DNA of 63,899 bases, filler included, from Atractiella rhizophila (taxonomy: Eukaryota), in the NCBI GenBank assembly GCA_021432655.1. It is 6 parts of 5 records of this genome, joined end to end, with 100 filler letters (N's around TTAATTAATTAA, not from the genome) between each part and the next. Parts side by side here need not be neighbours in the genome. Positions count along the whole stretch, not along the records: positions 41,422 to 60,499 come from MU271269.1; positions 60,600 to 62,795 come from MU271280.1; positions 62,896 to 63,899 come from MU271362.1; 3 more parts are not named here. One strand, given 5' to 3'. Shown piece after piece: positions 50,687 to 63,319 of this stretch. The notes under the pieces were generated by a model. That model was given only the letters and a program-made list of their open reading frames with translations. It had not been told where the DNA came from and did no database searches. The translations under genes and the position numbers were made by a program. Each line of letters opens with the position of its first letter. The stretch's first letter is position 1.

Positions 50687-51070
50687 ATGGTTTATGAGAG
50701 GCTCGTTAAAAACCACATACAATCTCTTTCTTCCCCCCTTGTGCTTCCGGACGAAGCGAGTAAAGAAGAAAAGAAAGCCGTCGACGTCCTGAACAAGGAC
50801 TTTGCGAAAGATCTGAAGGGGCGATTCACCTCTGCTGCCATCGCCCAATTCTGTGATCAATTGGACCAGCTCGATAAAGAGTTACCGCCCGAAGCTAACG
50901 TTGATGGAATCTTTGTCGATGTTAACGGGAGAGTTAATATTGGAGCGTCAAAGGTCGCATTAAAGGCAGCGAAGGGCGGCGGCGAGCTAGTTGAGTTGGG
51001 AAGAAAGAAGGAGGAGCTGGAGGAACAAATAGCTCATTATGAGGTGAACAAGCCAATCTCTCGACATTAA
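50687..51070 (+). CDS. Small helical hypothetical protein, divergent from chitin synthase
   Basis: 127-aa ATG-initiated ORF with charged, coiled-coil-like composition. Confidence 0.45.
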   Translation: MVYERLVKNHIQSLSSPLVLPDEASKEEKKAVDVLNKDFAKDLKGRFTSAAIAQFCDQLDQLDKELPPEANVDGIFVDVNGRVNIGASKVALKAAKGGGELVELGRKKEELEEQIAHYEVNKPISRH

Positions 51071-51226
51071 GAGTAGTATAATAATTATATGTTAAGGCGC
51101 TCCTACAGAAACTGCGCGATATGAAGAAGGTTGAAGTGGTGGATGAAGAGGAAGGGAGGAAAGGGACGAGGAAAAAGAACAAGTCATAGCATTTATGTTT
51201 AATTCCTGTTCTCCTGCCTTTTCGTT

Positions 51227-53399
51227 CTACTCTGCCGGAATGAGAGTCGTCAGTAAATTTGTCTCCTCCAGCCTAAAATCGTCCAGAATGATGTCATCCC
51301 CTGTCACATTGGTGGTCAGACAATTCTCTAGTTTCAGGACGAGTAACGACTGTGCGCACCTGAAGTATTGAAGCGGATGAGTTCTTCCTTGCTTTCTGAG
51401 TATTTGTTCCAAAGTGGTTCCGCTGCCAATTTCGATCAATCCGTACAATCTTAGACACAGGTCGATCTAGGGACTCACAAGAAGGAGCATTAGGATTCTG
51501 CTCAGTGATAAAATAAATCCATCGATCCAGGAGCCTGTTTCTCACCGCCAACAGTTCAGGTGTTTGGCCAATTATTGAAGTATCGAGGAATTGGAGGAAT
51601 GCATTCGGAAAGAAATAGCCAACATCGGATCCATGGTGCACTAACCAGCTACGATTCACATCGACTGCTAGACGGTCATGGATGCAAGCTCACCGCCATA
51701 CAAATCTGCAAATGGTCCCGGAGTGAAAACATCGAAGCGATACGTCCAGACAGGCTGCGTCCGAGAGAGATGTTTCGCCTCAAATCGACGATCTGTCAGA
51801 TAGTAGCCGTCGCCTGTATCCCACGTTTGGCGACATGATTGGAAGAGGGTAAGAGTGGAAGAACAAACCTATGTAGTCGCTAGCCAACTGGAGCCATGTT
51901 TGTCCTTGCAAATCAGGGTCGTTCTTATACGCATCGAGGACAGTGCGCGCAATACTCTCATTCTTGTTTAATGTTGAGTTGATGAACAGGAAGAGATCTT
52001 CTTCGCTGTTCACTTCTGCAGGTGTGGAACTGTCTCCCAGTAAACAATTTCGCAGGGGTTACTACAACATAAGCGGAAAGACCTACATGCTACCTTCATC
52101 CCTTGTCGTGCCAATAAGGACCGGAACCTTGTTGTACTCCTGATCCAGAATCCTCTCCTTCGGAGGTCGATCGATAAAGCTACCGGTAATTCGAGGATAA
52201 ATATTGAGCTTTGTAGAAACGTCTCTGATTGTCTGCCACGGCACCGTTTTCAAGCACTGGTTGGCTTCCTGTGGCGTGACTTCTCCCTCCCCTCCACAAC
52301 CGGTACCAGAAGAGACTTGCCAGAAGAAGTCGTTTGTTGGATACTGACTGTCTTTCAGCAAATACCCGCTCGCAACTATACTCGATCGAAACAGATTAGG
52401 TGGACCGAACACCGTATGTGCTTGCACAGAAAATGCTCCTGCACTTTCTCCCCCTAACTCTAAGCTCAGGATCTTGAAATCGTAAAGAGAAAACAAGATA
52501 AAATGTACAGATCGTAACTTTTTCTGGATCTCCTCCGAAAACCTCCAGATTTTGCTGCAGCCATTTCAGAGCCAACGACTGATCGGTGATCCCGCGATTC
52601 GCGTCCTCAGCTACGGTCTGTCAGTTACGTCATACACAAAAGCAAAACGTTACGTTTTGTTATCTCAGAATGCCAGAGAAAGCCCAAAGCACTACGCACA
52701 GATGAGTGAAAGTGTTGAAACGAGGTGGGTCGGAGAGACGAACCTGAGCCTGTAGTTGACGGACGCAAAGATGATAGGTTTCCCAATGACCATGCTTCGT
52801 TGGAGAATCACTAGATGACACTCAGTTGGACTACCACAGGCACGGTGGGCACCTCACGTATCGGGTCATAGGCTGACGTATCACCCTAAACATTTGTCGA
52901 TGGCAATCGGTCAAGAGCTTCAGGTCTGAAAGAAGAGGGAAGCCCACGAGCACAAAATCACCTCCATAAAACCACACAACGACAGGTAACATCTCCTTCT
53001 GCTCATGCTCCTGAGTATCCGGGACGAAGACGTTCAGAAAAAGGCAATCCTCATCTATCGCCACCTTAATCGTGTCGGTCTGATTCTGCGGACAAGCCAC
53101 AGGCCATTCCGTCGCCTGTCGAAGATTAGACGAAAAGGAGGCAGGGGCTGCAGCTTGAAATCTTCTGTCGCCGATAGGAGGTTGGGCATATGGGATCCCT
53201 TCACAAAGCGTTGTGAGTCAGAGCTAGAAGAGGGCAGAGAAAGAGGAGAACCTGTGTATTGAGTGATTCCGGTGCTGCTATTGTACAACCCTTGAAATGC
53301 TCCGATCGAGGTGTGGACGATGGGAGGGATGATTGTGGATGCTACAAAGGAGAGGAAGGGTGCCACGAGCCATGTCCTGGTTGGTGTTGAAGGGACCAT
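51227..53399 (-). CDS. Secreted type-B carboxylesterase/lipase
   Basis: Signal-like N-terminus; [33 protein letters not shown] (GxSxG), [22 protein letters not shown]. Confidence 0.92.
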
Positions 53400-54618
53400 C
53401 GTGAAGGTCGTTGGTCTACGCTACCAAAGCAGAGACCTCTAGAAGAACCCTCGAGTCCGTCCCCACCCGGGCGCGCCATCATTACTTCGCGTGTGGCAGC
53501 TGCTTTCTTGGTCGGAACAATTCATTCTTCCATCGGAATATTGAAATGAAGGACAGGCATGTCACAGGCGGAGTAGACCCGATTGAAGCGGTGCTCGCAC
53601 CAACTAGATGAAACTAGTGTGCTATTGGCATATTAAGGAGCATGATACCATATTACTTTTTCTCTGAAACCAAGTAAAATAATAAATCACGAAGGCTCCA
53701 AATGAAATTCTCAACTTCGTGAGAGCGGGCGGATCATCACAGCAGCAATTTGAATGGCTTCATTTTCCTCACTCCCTCGACTCCAGCAAGAAGTCTGCAG
53801 TCACACTTCCGCTCGTCATGTAGCTAGCTGTTGGTATGACGCATCACGCTGTGGCGCCATGTCACAGCCACCTCTTATCTGCAAGCAGCAGAGAGATATC
53901 ATTGACGAGCTTGCTGTCCCCGAGCGACAAAACTTTAGGAAGGGGAATATGCACCCGACTTCCTGACCAGCACACCTTCCAGTTGATCCCGAGCATTGCT
54001 TCCTCATTACCCCTGAAGTACAACATTTCTCCCTCGCTTGAGTACCTTCCAACATAATTAGATCCTGCTGGACCACTGCCATCTGGTGCAGCCTGATGAT
54101 GGTATATTCCCTGCAACTCTCCACTAAGCATGCAGTACAAATCAAAGGAGTGACGTGAACACACGAACTACTGACCGAGGTCTGAAGTCCCGACCCTAGG
54201 GAAAACTCCATCCAGCAATGCCTTCAGAATGGCAGCGATGTCAGCAGCTCCACGCACTCCATTCTGATCATCCTGGAACAGCCGGAATTCAGTCAAAGAA
54301 TGATCATGTGCATTGAATCGAGCGAATCGAGCACATCAACCCACTGCCCAACCGTGGTATTGCCGCATTGTCTTTCGGCTTTCAGCGGGAGTGCCACCGT
54401 AATAAATAAAGGAGAGAGCAGGAAAGAAGTGAGCTTCCACTTCCAGTTATGTAACCAGTTACTTCGTTTCGCCAGTAAGAGTATCGGTGACTTAATATGC
54501 CTCGTCATCCACAGTTCAACGCGTCGGCGTTAACGTCGTGTTATTAACGCCTGGCGTCGACGTGGGAGAAAAATAAAGATGAATTCGCCTTCCCCCCACC
54601 AGCTGGCTGAGCTGAGTA

Positions 54619-57600
54619 GTGGCCAGAGTATTGGTACTTATGAAGGGTATGCCTTCTGAAAAGCAGCACTTGTTGCTAACAAATCCTCTCGTCATTGGTG
54701 TTAGTCCAATCCCTTCAAGTTCCTCAATCAAGCAGAGCACCTCTGCACTCTCAGGCACATTTTCTCAAGTTTTAGCTCCACCAAATCTTTACAATCAATC
54801 CGAAGCTGACCTCCTCGCACAATATCCCCTAACACTGCGCTCCACCTTAGGATCCAGCGCTCTACCTTTCAATTCTCGGCATTCTCCTCCTAGCTTTCAG
54901 TCTGCGATCAGGAACTCGACGCTGGATGGTCTGTATGCACCTTCATCCATGGATCGCGTGTACGAGATTCCACAGTCAGAATTGGAGGAAACCCAAGCAC
55001 TCTCGCGAGCCTTTTCGGACAGTTTGATGGCCATGGAAGGCGCGTCTATCTTGGAAGAAGAGACTCTGGTACAACAACTCTCCTCTGAACACACACTCGG
55101 CCAGGAAGTGGGGGAGGAGGAGCGGACTGAAGAAGCAATCGTGGCTTTTGGGAACTGGGACACTAACGTCTCAAGGAGCGAACTTAGAGTGGGGGAAGAG
55201 AGTGTCAAGTTAAATCTGAAGGGATTACTTGTTCGCGGTCCGTCTCCCACTATTTTTCCTATGATTGACATTACATATTTTTATTTAACCCTTTTTTGGA
55301 TTGATTTAACCGCGATGACAATGACAGATGCACTCCGCCTCGACTATTCTCCCCTCGCGAAACTAATCTTCACAGAAGCCGCCTTCCTCTCTCCAGCATT
55401 CATAAACCTAAAAGACCCCTCTGCCTCCTCCGATCCACTTTCCATCCTCTTCGAATGCTTCGTGGCTGGATTCACGCTTGTGGGATCTCGAACTGCCGAT
55501 CCACCCGTGAGTCTCTCCTTCTTGAATGTCATTGATGCTCATGAGGCTGATTTGTGGGAACAGACTACTCAGTCGCCGTATGACGGTTTGGTTCATAGGT
55601 CTCGCTTGCTCCAAGGAGATTTGTGGGTTCTCATCTAAATCTCTCTCTTCACCGCCTGAGCGATCGGGGCCTTCAAAGGCGTCGTTTCGGAATCGCACGC
55701 ACCCCATTCTGCGCCGCCCTTACCCAATCTGTTGTCCATCTATTGGAGAGGAATGAGAGGTTTCTCACCACACTCTCGGTTAGCGGTCTGAACGGGATTG
55801 TGTGTCTTTTGGCGCTTATACAGGATTTACATCACTGTGAGATGGTTGTCATTATGGATCACCTCTCCGACTGATAGCAGTATTGGACGTAACAGGTGCA
55901 AGAGAAGACATTTTCTCCCTTCGGGATCTATTGGCCATTGTCATAAAGAATTACAAGAGCTTTATCGCCTCTCTCTCACCGCAGGAACTTGCACAGGCTG
56001 CAGGACGCATACATATACTATCCAACGAGCTGTTTGTATGTTCATCCCCTTTTCCAGAAATTGTGTTAATTGGAAATGGTGTAAAAGATAACCGACATAA
56101 TTCTGGCATGGAAGAGCAATCTTCTTCCCCTCATGTAAGCACTTCATTGTTGAGTCGGTAGAGGCGCGAAGTCACAAGAAGTGGGATAGGACAAATCAAG
56201 ATATCTATGACATTTTCCAGCATACCACCATTCAACCTCCCCTCATTCTTTCCATCGATGCAGCGCTAAACCTTGATCCCTCTTCCGCTGACGCTGTACG
56301 CTTGACAGCCTTGCTACCGAGCATCCTTTGTCGAACGATGATCCTCGCCGGTTCGTTTTTGCTCCTTTTACTCATTCCATCACCTACTCATGTCAATGGT
56401 CATGAGAAGACCATGTAGCAGCCTCTCTAGATCTTCCATCCTACCTCACCTTCCTCCAATCCCTCTTTAACATACAAGACCGCTTGCTGGCCACCATTTC
56501 CCCCAATGCTTATATCATGCAACTCGAAATAGTCTGCTCAATATTCTGGCTTCATTCATTGATACATCTCCGCACCCTCTCCTTTCCAGAAACAGAAGTC
56601 CTTGAACCAGTCTTGAAGGAGAGCAAGAGGAGAGTGAAAGTGGGAATGGATCGCTTGTGTACTATTTTGAAGGCGACGGTACGTCCTATTTCCACGTTAC
56701 TTGATACGGACATTGTTGACATTTCGGTTGCGCAAACAGCTCGAAAAACCATCAGAGACGGCCAGCAGCCATACTTGGATCCTGTTTGGCGCTGGGAAGG
56801 CATTATCCAAGTTACCCCGTGGCAGTCGCTATCTCAAGGTGTACGTGACCGAAGCTGAAGAAGAAGAGGAGAAGAGGCGGCGATCAGCCCAGATTTGCTT
56901 GTGCGTCCTTCCCCTTCTTGCGCTCACTACTGGCATTCATCAGCTGATCAAAATTAGGATCTTGGAGGCTCTCCTCCCCGTCGTCCGTCTTCACCCTGTC
57001 ATTGCCAACTGATGACTGAAGGCATAATAAAGGGATGGTATGCAGATCAAAAGGTCTCATGGGTGTCCCAACTCTTCTCCATAGTCAAAAACACTGTGGA
57101 TTCCTCTTCTCCGCCATTGGACGAATCTGAGAATGAATCGAGGCACGCTCCAGCTCCAGTTTACAAACTCTTTACAGGAATAGAATCCGAGAAGGCGCAG
57201 ATGAAGAAATTTAAGTTTCACGGCACATATGGAACAGATCCAGTGACAATATACGAATGGGCAAAAGAGAATGAGAAGGAAGGCAGTAGTCCGGGTGCGT
57301 TTTCGGACGACCACTTTAAACAAAACGTGGTTGACTTTTCATGATAGACACCTCTCCTACTGAAGAGGAGCTAAAGGAAGGAGCGAGCGAGTCGTATGAA
57401 ATTTTAACTCTGAATTATAAGCATCATCTAATCCTGTGTAGCCACTCAAAACGAAGGCGAAAGACTCGAACATGCCGTCGCTGCAAAATTCCCACCTGCA
57501 AGGGGCACAAAGGTCTGTCACGCCGATTTCTATATCCTCTTGTTCTTTTGTATTCTTGGGATACAAACTTTGAAGTAACAATGTGTTCTCATGGTGGAAC

Positions 57601-57688
57601 AGACATTTCTCTCTGTTCAAAGAAACCAACAGTGCCATGCCGGCGTTGCGGAGGATTGAACGTGAGCCCTTTCCTCCATTGGCTATGA
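54619..57688 (+). CDS. Large multi-exon hypothetical protein with Cys/His-rich C-terminus; boundaries uncertain
   Basis: 339-aa ORF followed by further + strand ORFs with GT-AG boundaries; C-terminal CSH..CRRCKIPTC..CSH..CRRCGG. Confidence 0.45.
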
Positions 57689-57976
57689 TGGCGCAAAGGC
57701 TGATAGCCATTGAAGGACTGCCCGAGAGGGAGCGATGGGGGAAGGTATTGCAGACTTCTAGGGAAAGATCTGCGGCCTTTAAAAACCGCTTAGAATATTC
57801 CATTAACATGTAATAAGGATCCTTTGCATTCGATTTATAATAGTGCATATTCAAGCACATTAATTGTAAATGTGTATTTTGATAAATTTCTTGAATTATG
57901 TAATAACAAGGGCAAAGGGCAACTTCCAAGCAATGCTACCACGTGATCTTGATGCGCAACAACGAACACGAACAGG

Positions 57977-59669
57977 ATGGAGCTCTCGCTGCAGTTGCTT
58001 TCAAAAGATCCGGCGCAAGATGTCACGGACTCCTACCGTGATTTGGAGCATTATTCTGAATTTTCCACAAATCATCCTCGAGGATCAGGGGATGAGACCA
58101 CAAACAATGGAGCCAGCAGTTCGAGTTATGGAGGCAAGAGTGTTTTGAGTGGGAGATTGACGAATTTGAGCGCGTTAATCGACTTTTTGGATAAGGAGGA
58201 TGCTGAGACTGTTCATTTGAATTCACCTGTGGAAAGAAAAGGCAGGCGAAATGGGAGCAGGACTGTGAGTGGACATGGTGACACAAATGGCAATGGGCAA
58301 AGAAAGGGGAAGGGGAAAGCGCCGCTCCGCTTTGACGAGGAGAGTCTTGGAGCATCACCCTTGCTGTCACGCGTCAGCCTCTCTCGGCGCAACCACTCAG
58401 CTACCGGTCTCCCCTCCCTCCCTTCCTTCTCAGGTGGGAGTCTACTGGCCGATCCTTTACCGTCACCCTCCAGGTCCGAACCTCCCTTAGGGTTACATCC
58501 GTCACAAACGGTAGAGAACACCCTCATCCGCTCCCGCAAGGGAGCTGTCGCGCCAACTCCTTCTCGCGCACTTGAAGCGTACGACAGGTTGAGGCAGATT
58601 TCATCAGTCTCAAACTCGAACGATTCTAACGGCTCCTCACGCGTTCTTCCTGCCTCCAACCCTCGCACAATTCGACCCCAACGGCGAAGAGAGGATGTTA
58701 GCTCTTCTACCCTCTCCTCTATCCTCGATTCACCAACGCCGCAGGACTGGTCAAAAACTAAGCTTCATACCTCCTCTAGATTGGGTCTCGACTCTCGATT
58801 ACCCCATGGCAATGGTTCCGGGAATGACAGTTCAACGGGAGAGACTGGGAAGGATTCAATTGCGCGACTTGCAGATCAGGTACAGAGTGAATTCGAGAGT
58901 ATTGTCCGAAACGGTCGTGGTCGTTCACCTTCTGCGGTTCGCGAGAGATTTACACCTGATATTCAAGTTCAGCAGGCGGCTAATGCGTCTCGCGACTATG
59001 TTCAGCGTCGAGAGCAGTTACTATCTCACGTCCGGATGCCCATGGAACAGACGTCGGAGTTGAGAAGGGAGTTGGAAAGGACGACAGAAGTGGATGAGGA
59101 GGTCGAGAGCGAATTGTTTAGATGGAGAGAGAGAGTGAAGAATTTGGAAAGTCCGCCGAGGGAGGAAGACGCAGAAAAAGTAAGGTTAGAGATGGAGCTG
59201 GAATTGAGAAGGAGTAGGGACGAAGTAGAGCGGTTGAAGAAAGAGGTGGGAGAGTTGAAAGAGACATTGGTGCAGGGAATGGAGGGCAAAAGGAGGAGGA
59301 CCGCGACTGGAGAGACCAAAATAAGCAGTCGGAGTGGGAATGGACTGGTGGAGCATGTGGAAAAGCAAGCAAACGAGAATCGCCTGCCATTCAATGACGA
59401 GGCTTTCTTCAATGTCCTCAAAGTGAGTTTCTGTTTATGCTAAGGCATATTTGCTAAAGAAATATTAGCACCTCCTCTCTACCCTCTCGACAGACTACAA
59501 GCATGACCTTTCCTCTCTCGAAAACGCACTCCAATTCGTCCGTAAAGCCGATTCCATTATTTGGAAAAAGAAGATGGGAACGGGGGAGGATAGAAAGATA
59601 TTCGATCCGGAGAATCTGAGAGCGTTAGAAGATCGACTGATGGTCTGGGAGAGACTAGTGAGGACGTGA
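57977..59669 (+). CDS. Low-complexity / coiled-coil protein with a compact C-terminal domain
   Basis: 488-aa ORF, intron at ~59423-59469, last exon HLLSTLSTDY...FVRKADSIIW...RLMVWERLVRT*. Confidence 0.75.
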
Positions 59670-60599
59670 TTGTATAACATCCCATGAATGAGAATCGGTT
59701 ATTGACGGAAAGGTTGTGTCGTTCGTCTTTCTTAAGTTGTTTTACTACATCGCCGTCTTATCCTGTCATAGTATCTGGCATGTAATTCTGTCAATTTTCT
59801 GCCCCTTGAACAAAACGTTTGCAGGACTTCTAGTAGGAAGAAAGGAGCACCTCTAGCAACATTCAACCACCTCCATCGAGCTCGATAGGTTGCGAGGTTC
59901 GATTTCTGGCACCCAGCTTTATTAATTGCTCCTGATCGTTCGTCTCCCCATATCACTTCAGCATCATCCCACCCCGGCTCCACGCTAAACCATAGCGGCC
60001 CACGATTCTCCCAGCTCGCTAAGCCTGAAGCCGCGAAACGACGCTCGATAATTCTACTGTTTACTTCAGACTCAGGGAAGAAGAAGGAAGGGGATTTCAA
60101 ACTGTATGATTGCTGAATGAGACTGTTTCCCCTCTCAAGATGAGGCTGTGGTGCTTTGAGTGAGATCGGGTGAGTATCTTTCTCTTCAACGTTATCTCGT
60201 GCAACAAGCGCCATGCTGCAGGGACATCACACTGTAAACAACTGGACTTGCTTCTGCAGCACTCCAGATACCTCCCTACAGCCTAGAGAAGAATGAGGAG
60301 CCGCACTTTCTTTGGCCTATAGATGCGAAGAGGCGTTGACAGGCGAGTGCCGGTCAGCACTGAAGCCAAGGGCGCTGACTCTGACTCCCACTTTACCTAC
60401 TGCTGCTTTCTTATTCGTTGATTATTCTTCTGAATGGCCGTCGGAAGCGGTCGCGACGAGTTGGGAAGAACTAAGCGACGTTGACATGTGCCTCAGCCTN
60501 NNNNNNNNNNNNNNNNNNNNNNNNNNNNNNNNNNNNNNNNNNNTTAATTAATTAANNNNNNNNNNNNNNNNNNNNNNNNNNNNNNNNNNNNNNNNNNNN

Positions 60600-60802
60600 T
60601 GAGAGCGCTTGAGGGAGGGAGAGACGAAATCGGAGGGGAAGAAGGACATGTCGGTCGGACTGCCTGTTCGTTGAGGAGTGAATCGGTCGCTGAGGCGCCG
60701 TCGCTTGTTGCTTGAGTGTTCGGAGAGGGAATAAGACCGGGAAAGAGAGAGGGAATGAGAGAGATTGGAGGGGGAGGGAGAGGATGGTCCTGGGAAATCC
60801 AT
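60600..60802 (-). CDS. 5' fragment of a Ser-rich protein with NLS-like KRRRL, cut by spacer; duplicated at 61772-61938
   Basis: MDFPGPSSPSPSN...SNKRRRLSDRFTPQR. Confidence 0.45.
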
Positions 60803-62795
60803 GATCGAGTTCGTTTTCGCTGTGCTCTTTGACGCGTCTTTCACTAACGGGTAACGGAACACGCGAAGGTTTCTAGCAAGTCAGTTTGGTACAAGAACAA
60901 GTGGCGTGAATAAACGCTCACAAATATACGGGTAAACCAAGTGAGTCTATAATGAGAGCAGTGACTAGTGAGCTCGAGTGATGGCTGCACTGGCAGCAGC
61001 CAAGCTGTCAAGCGAAATCGACTGCAGCCCCTTTCCGTTGAGCTTTAGTACAACGTCAACAGAGCGCGTGTGCGAATAATTTATGCTTACTTATATCTAG
61101 CTCGCTAATGTATCGACCTTTAGACGTGCCACTAGACTAGTATGTCAAAGCTCCTCTGACGAACAGCTGAGTGTAGAAGTGAAGATAATAATTGGTATAG
61201 CCGAAGCGCAGCAGGCGAAAAGACACCCCGCCACGTGAGTTTGCAGAACGAAACAACTTGACCAAATCCACAAAAGTGTAGGCTGAGGCAGAAGAAGGTA
61301 TTAGCGGGCGAATCGAGGTATCCACTTGAGGTTGTGTGGATCTAATTTTGCATAGAGGATAGTTTTCTGCACTGTATTTTCAACGGTAAGAGTTTCCTTT
61401 TGGCCAGTCAAACGGGATAGTAAACCTATCTGTTATTCTTCAGAACCAAAATGTCCTTCCTTACCCTCTCGCGCCACATAACAAGGCGTTCAGTCCACAC
61501 CACAAACGCTCGAATAACGCGCGATCCCCTCCTCTCCTCCCCAGCCGCCAAACACTACATCCTCCCCGACGGCACACTCTTCATCGTCCGAACACCACCC
61601 AGCGCCGTCCCTCCAACCCTTCCACTCTCCCCTCTCCCGCCACCAGCCTCCAACCCGAACTCCTCCCTCACCCATCCCCTCTCCGCTGCGTCCTCTCCAA
61701 AAATCTCGTCACAAGCAGAAGCAGAAACCTACCTGCCTCCCGTCGTGCGACCGAACAAGAACCCAAAGACAGGGAAGAAGGACATGTCGGTCGGACTGCC
61801 TGTTCGTTGAGGAGTGAATCGGTCGCTGAGACGCCGTCGCTTGTTGCTTGAGTGTTCGGAGAGGGAATAAGACCGGGAAAGAGAGAGGGAAAGAGAAAGA
61901 TTGGAGGTGGAGGGAGAGGATGGTCCTGGGAAATCCATGTTCGAGTTCGTTTTCGCTGTGCTCTTTGACGCGTCTTTCCGAAGGTTTCTAGCAAGTCAGC
62001 TTGGTACAAGAACAAGTGCCGTGAATAAACGCTCACATATATGCGGTTAAACCAAGTGAGTTTGTAATGAGAGCAGTGATAAGTGAGCCCGAGCGATGGC
62101 TGGAGCAGCCAAGCTGTCAAGCGAAATCGACTGAAGCCCCTTTCCCTTCTGTTGAGCTTTGGCACAACGTCAACAGAACGCGTGCGCGAATGATTTATGA
62201 CTTATGCGTACTTATATCTAGCTCGCTGGTATATCGACCTTTCGACGTGTCTCAAGGGCCACTAGACTAGTATGCCAAAGCTCCTCTGACGAACAGCTGA
62301 GTGTGGGAAGTGAAGATAACAAGTGGTATAGCCGAAGCGCAGCATGCGAAAAAGGACACACCCGCCAAGTGAGCTGCAAAACGAATCAACTTGACAGTCT
62401 AGGAAGAGGCAGAAGAGGGTATTAGTGGGCGAAATCCAGGCTATCTACTCGAGTTGTGTGGATATAATTTTGCACAGGGGGACAGTTTCAGCACTGTGTT
62501 TTTCAACTGTAAGAGTTCCCTTTGGTCGTCAAACTGGTTAGCATACCTACCCATTATTCTTCAGAACCAAAATGTCCTTCTTTACCCTCTCGCGCCACAT
62601 AACAAGGCGTTCAGTCCACACCACGAACGCTCGAATAACGCGCGATCCTCTCCTCTCCTCCCCAGCCGCCAAACACTACATCCTCCCCGACGGCACACTC
62701 TTCATCGTCCGAACACCACCCAGCGCCGTCCCTCCTACCCTCCCACTCTCCCCTCTCCCGCCACCCGCCTCCAATCCAAACTCCTCCCTCACCCA
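60636..62795. repeat. Near-identical duplication: 60636-61674 and 61772-62795
   Basis: Both copies start GGGAAGAAGGACATGTCGGTCGG and run through the mL58 5' exon; more divergent in the intergenic part. Confidence 0.92.
61451..61810 (+). CDS. Mitochondrial ribosomal protein mL58 (MRP-L20 family), N-terminal part only; second partial copy at 62572-62795
   Basis: Mitochondrial presequence-like MSFLTLSRHITRRSVHT; LPDGTLFIVRTPPSA and YLPPVVR resemble the fungal MRP-L20 N-terminus. The expected C-terminal helices are absent after the duplication junction. Confidence 0.6.
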   Translation: MSFLTLSRHITRRSVHTTNARITRDPLLSSPAAKHYILPDGTLFIVRTPPSAVPPTLPLSPLPPPASNPNSSLTHPLSAASSPKISSQAEAETYLPPVVRPNKNPKTGKKDMSVGLPVR

Positions 62796-63319
62796 NNNNN
62801 NNNNNNNNNNNNNNNNNNNNNNNNNNNNNNNNNNNNNNNTTAATTAATTAANNNNNNNNNNNNNNNNNNNNNNNNNNNNNNNNNNNNNNNNNNNNGAACT
62901 GGCCATTTGGACCATCTTTAATACCAACAGTGATGACTAGATGTCTCTGGAAATATTTGAAACACCCACAATTCAAGACTGGCTTAGATGCCATTTCCAA
63001 TGTTGTCTGTGACAGTAAAAGATCGGCTACTCAGATTGTGGAGAGTCGCAGGACATGGACTGTCGCGTCATAAGTAACTCGATGATTGACAGTCCTTCTG
63101 AGAACTGAACCGATGAACGACTGACGTTAGCTCAGGTCCCGCAGGTTTGTCAGCAGAGACGGGTGACGGGGACGGCGAGAGTAATCTGCAAGCGCTGACA
63201 GCAGGCTCGGAAATGTCCTGGCGGGGGGCGGGGAGGGCTTAAATGCCTGAACAGAGCCCCTGTATGCTGGCTTACTCAGAGGTAGCTTAGAGGCGTACTG
63301 GCACAGTCTGAAAATACAT

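Noticed and set aside
44532..53399. GMC oxidase + chitin synthase + esterase as a functional cluster
   Set aside because: These are common unrelated families; there is no backbone enzyme or shared pathway evidence.
54518..54560. GGCGTTAA/TTAACGCC hairpin
   Set aside because: An isolated 8-bp stem with no TSD, repeat copies or other support.
63057..63300. Possible structured RNA (GGACTGTC/GACAGTCC, TGTCAGC/GCTGACA; an RNase MRP-like GGGGCTC on the - strand)
   Set aside because: The 7-8 bp stems are at chance level, and no matching P4 5' strand (GAAAGTCCCC) was found.
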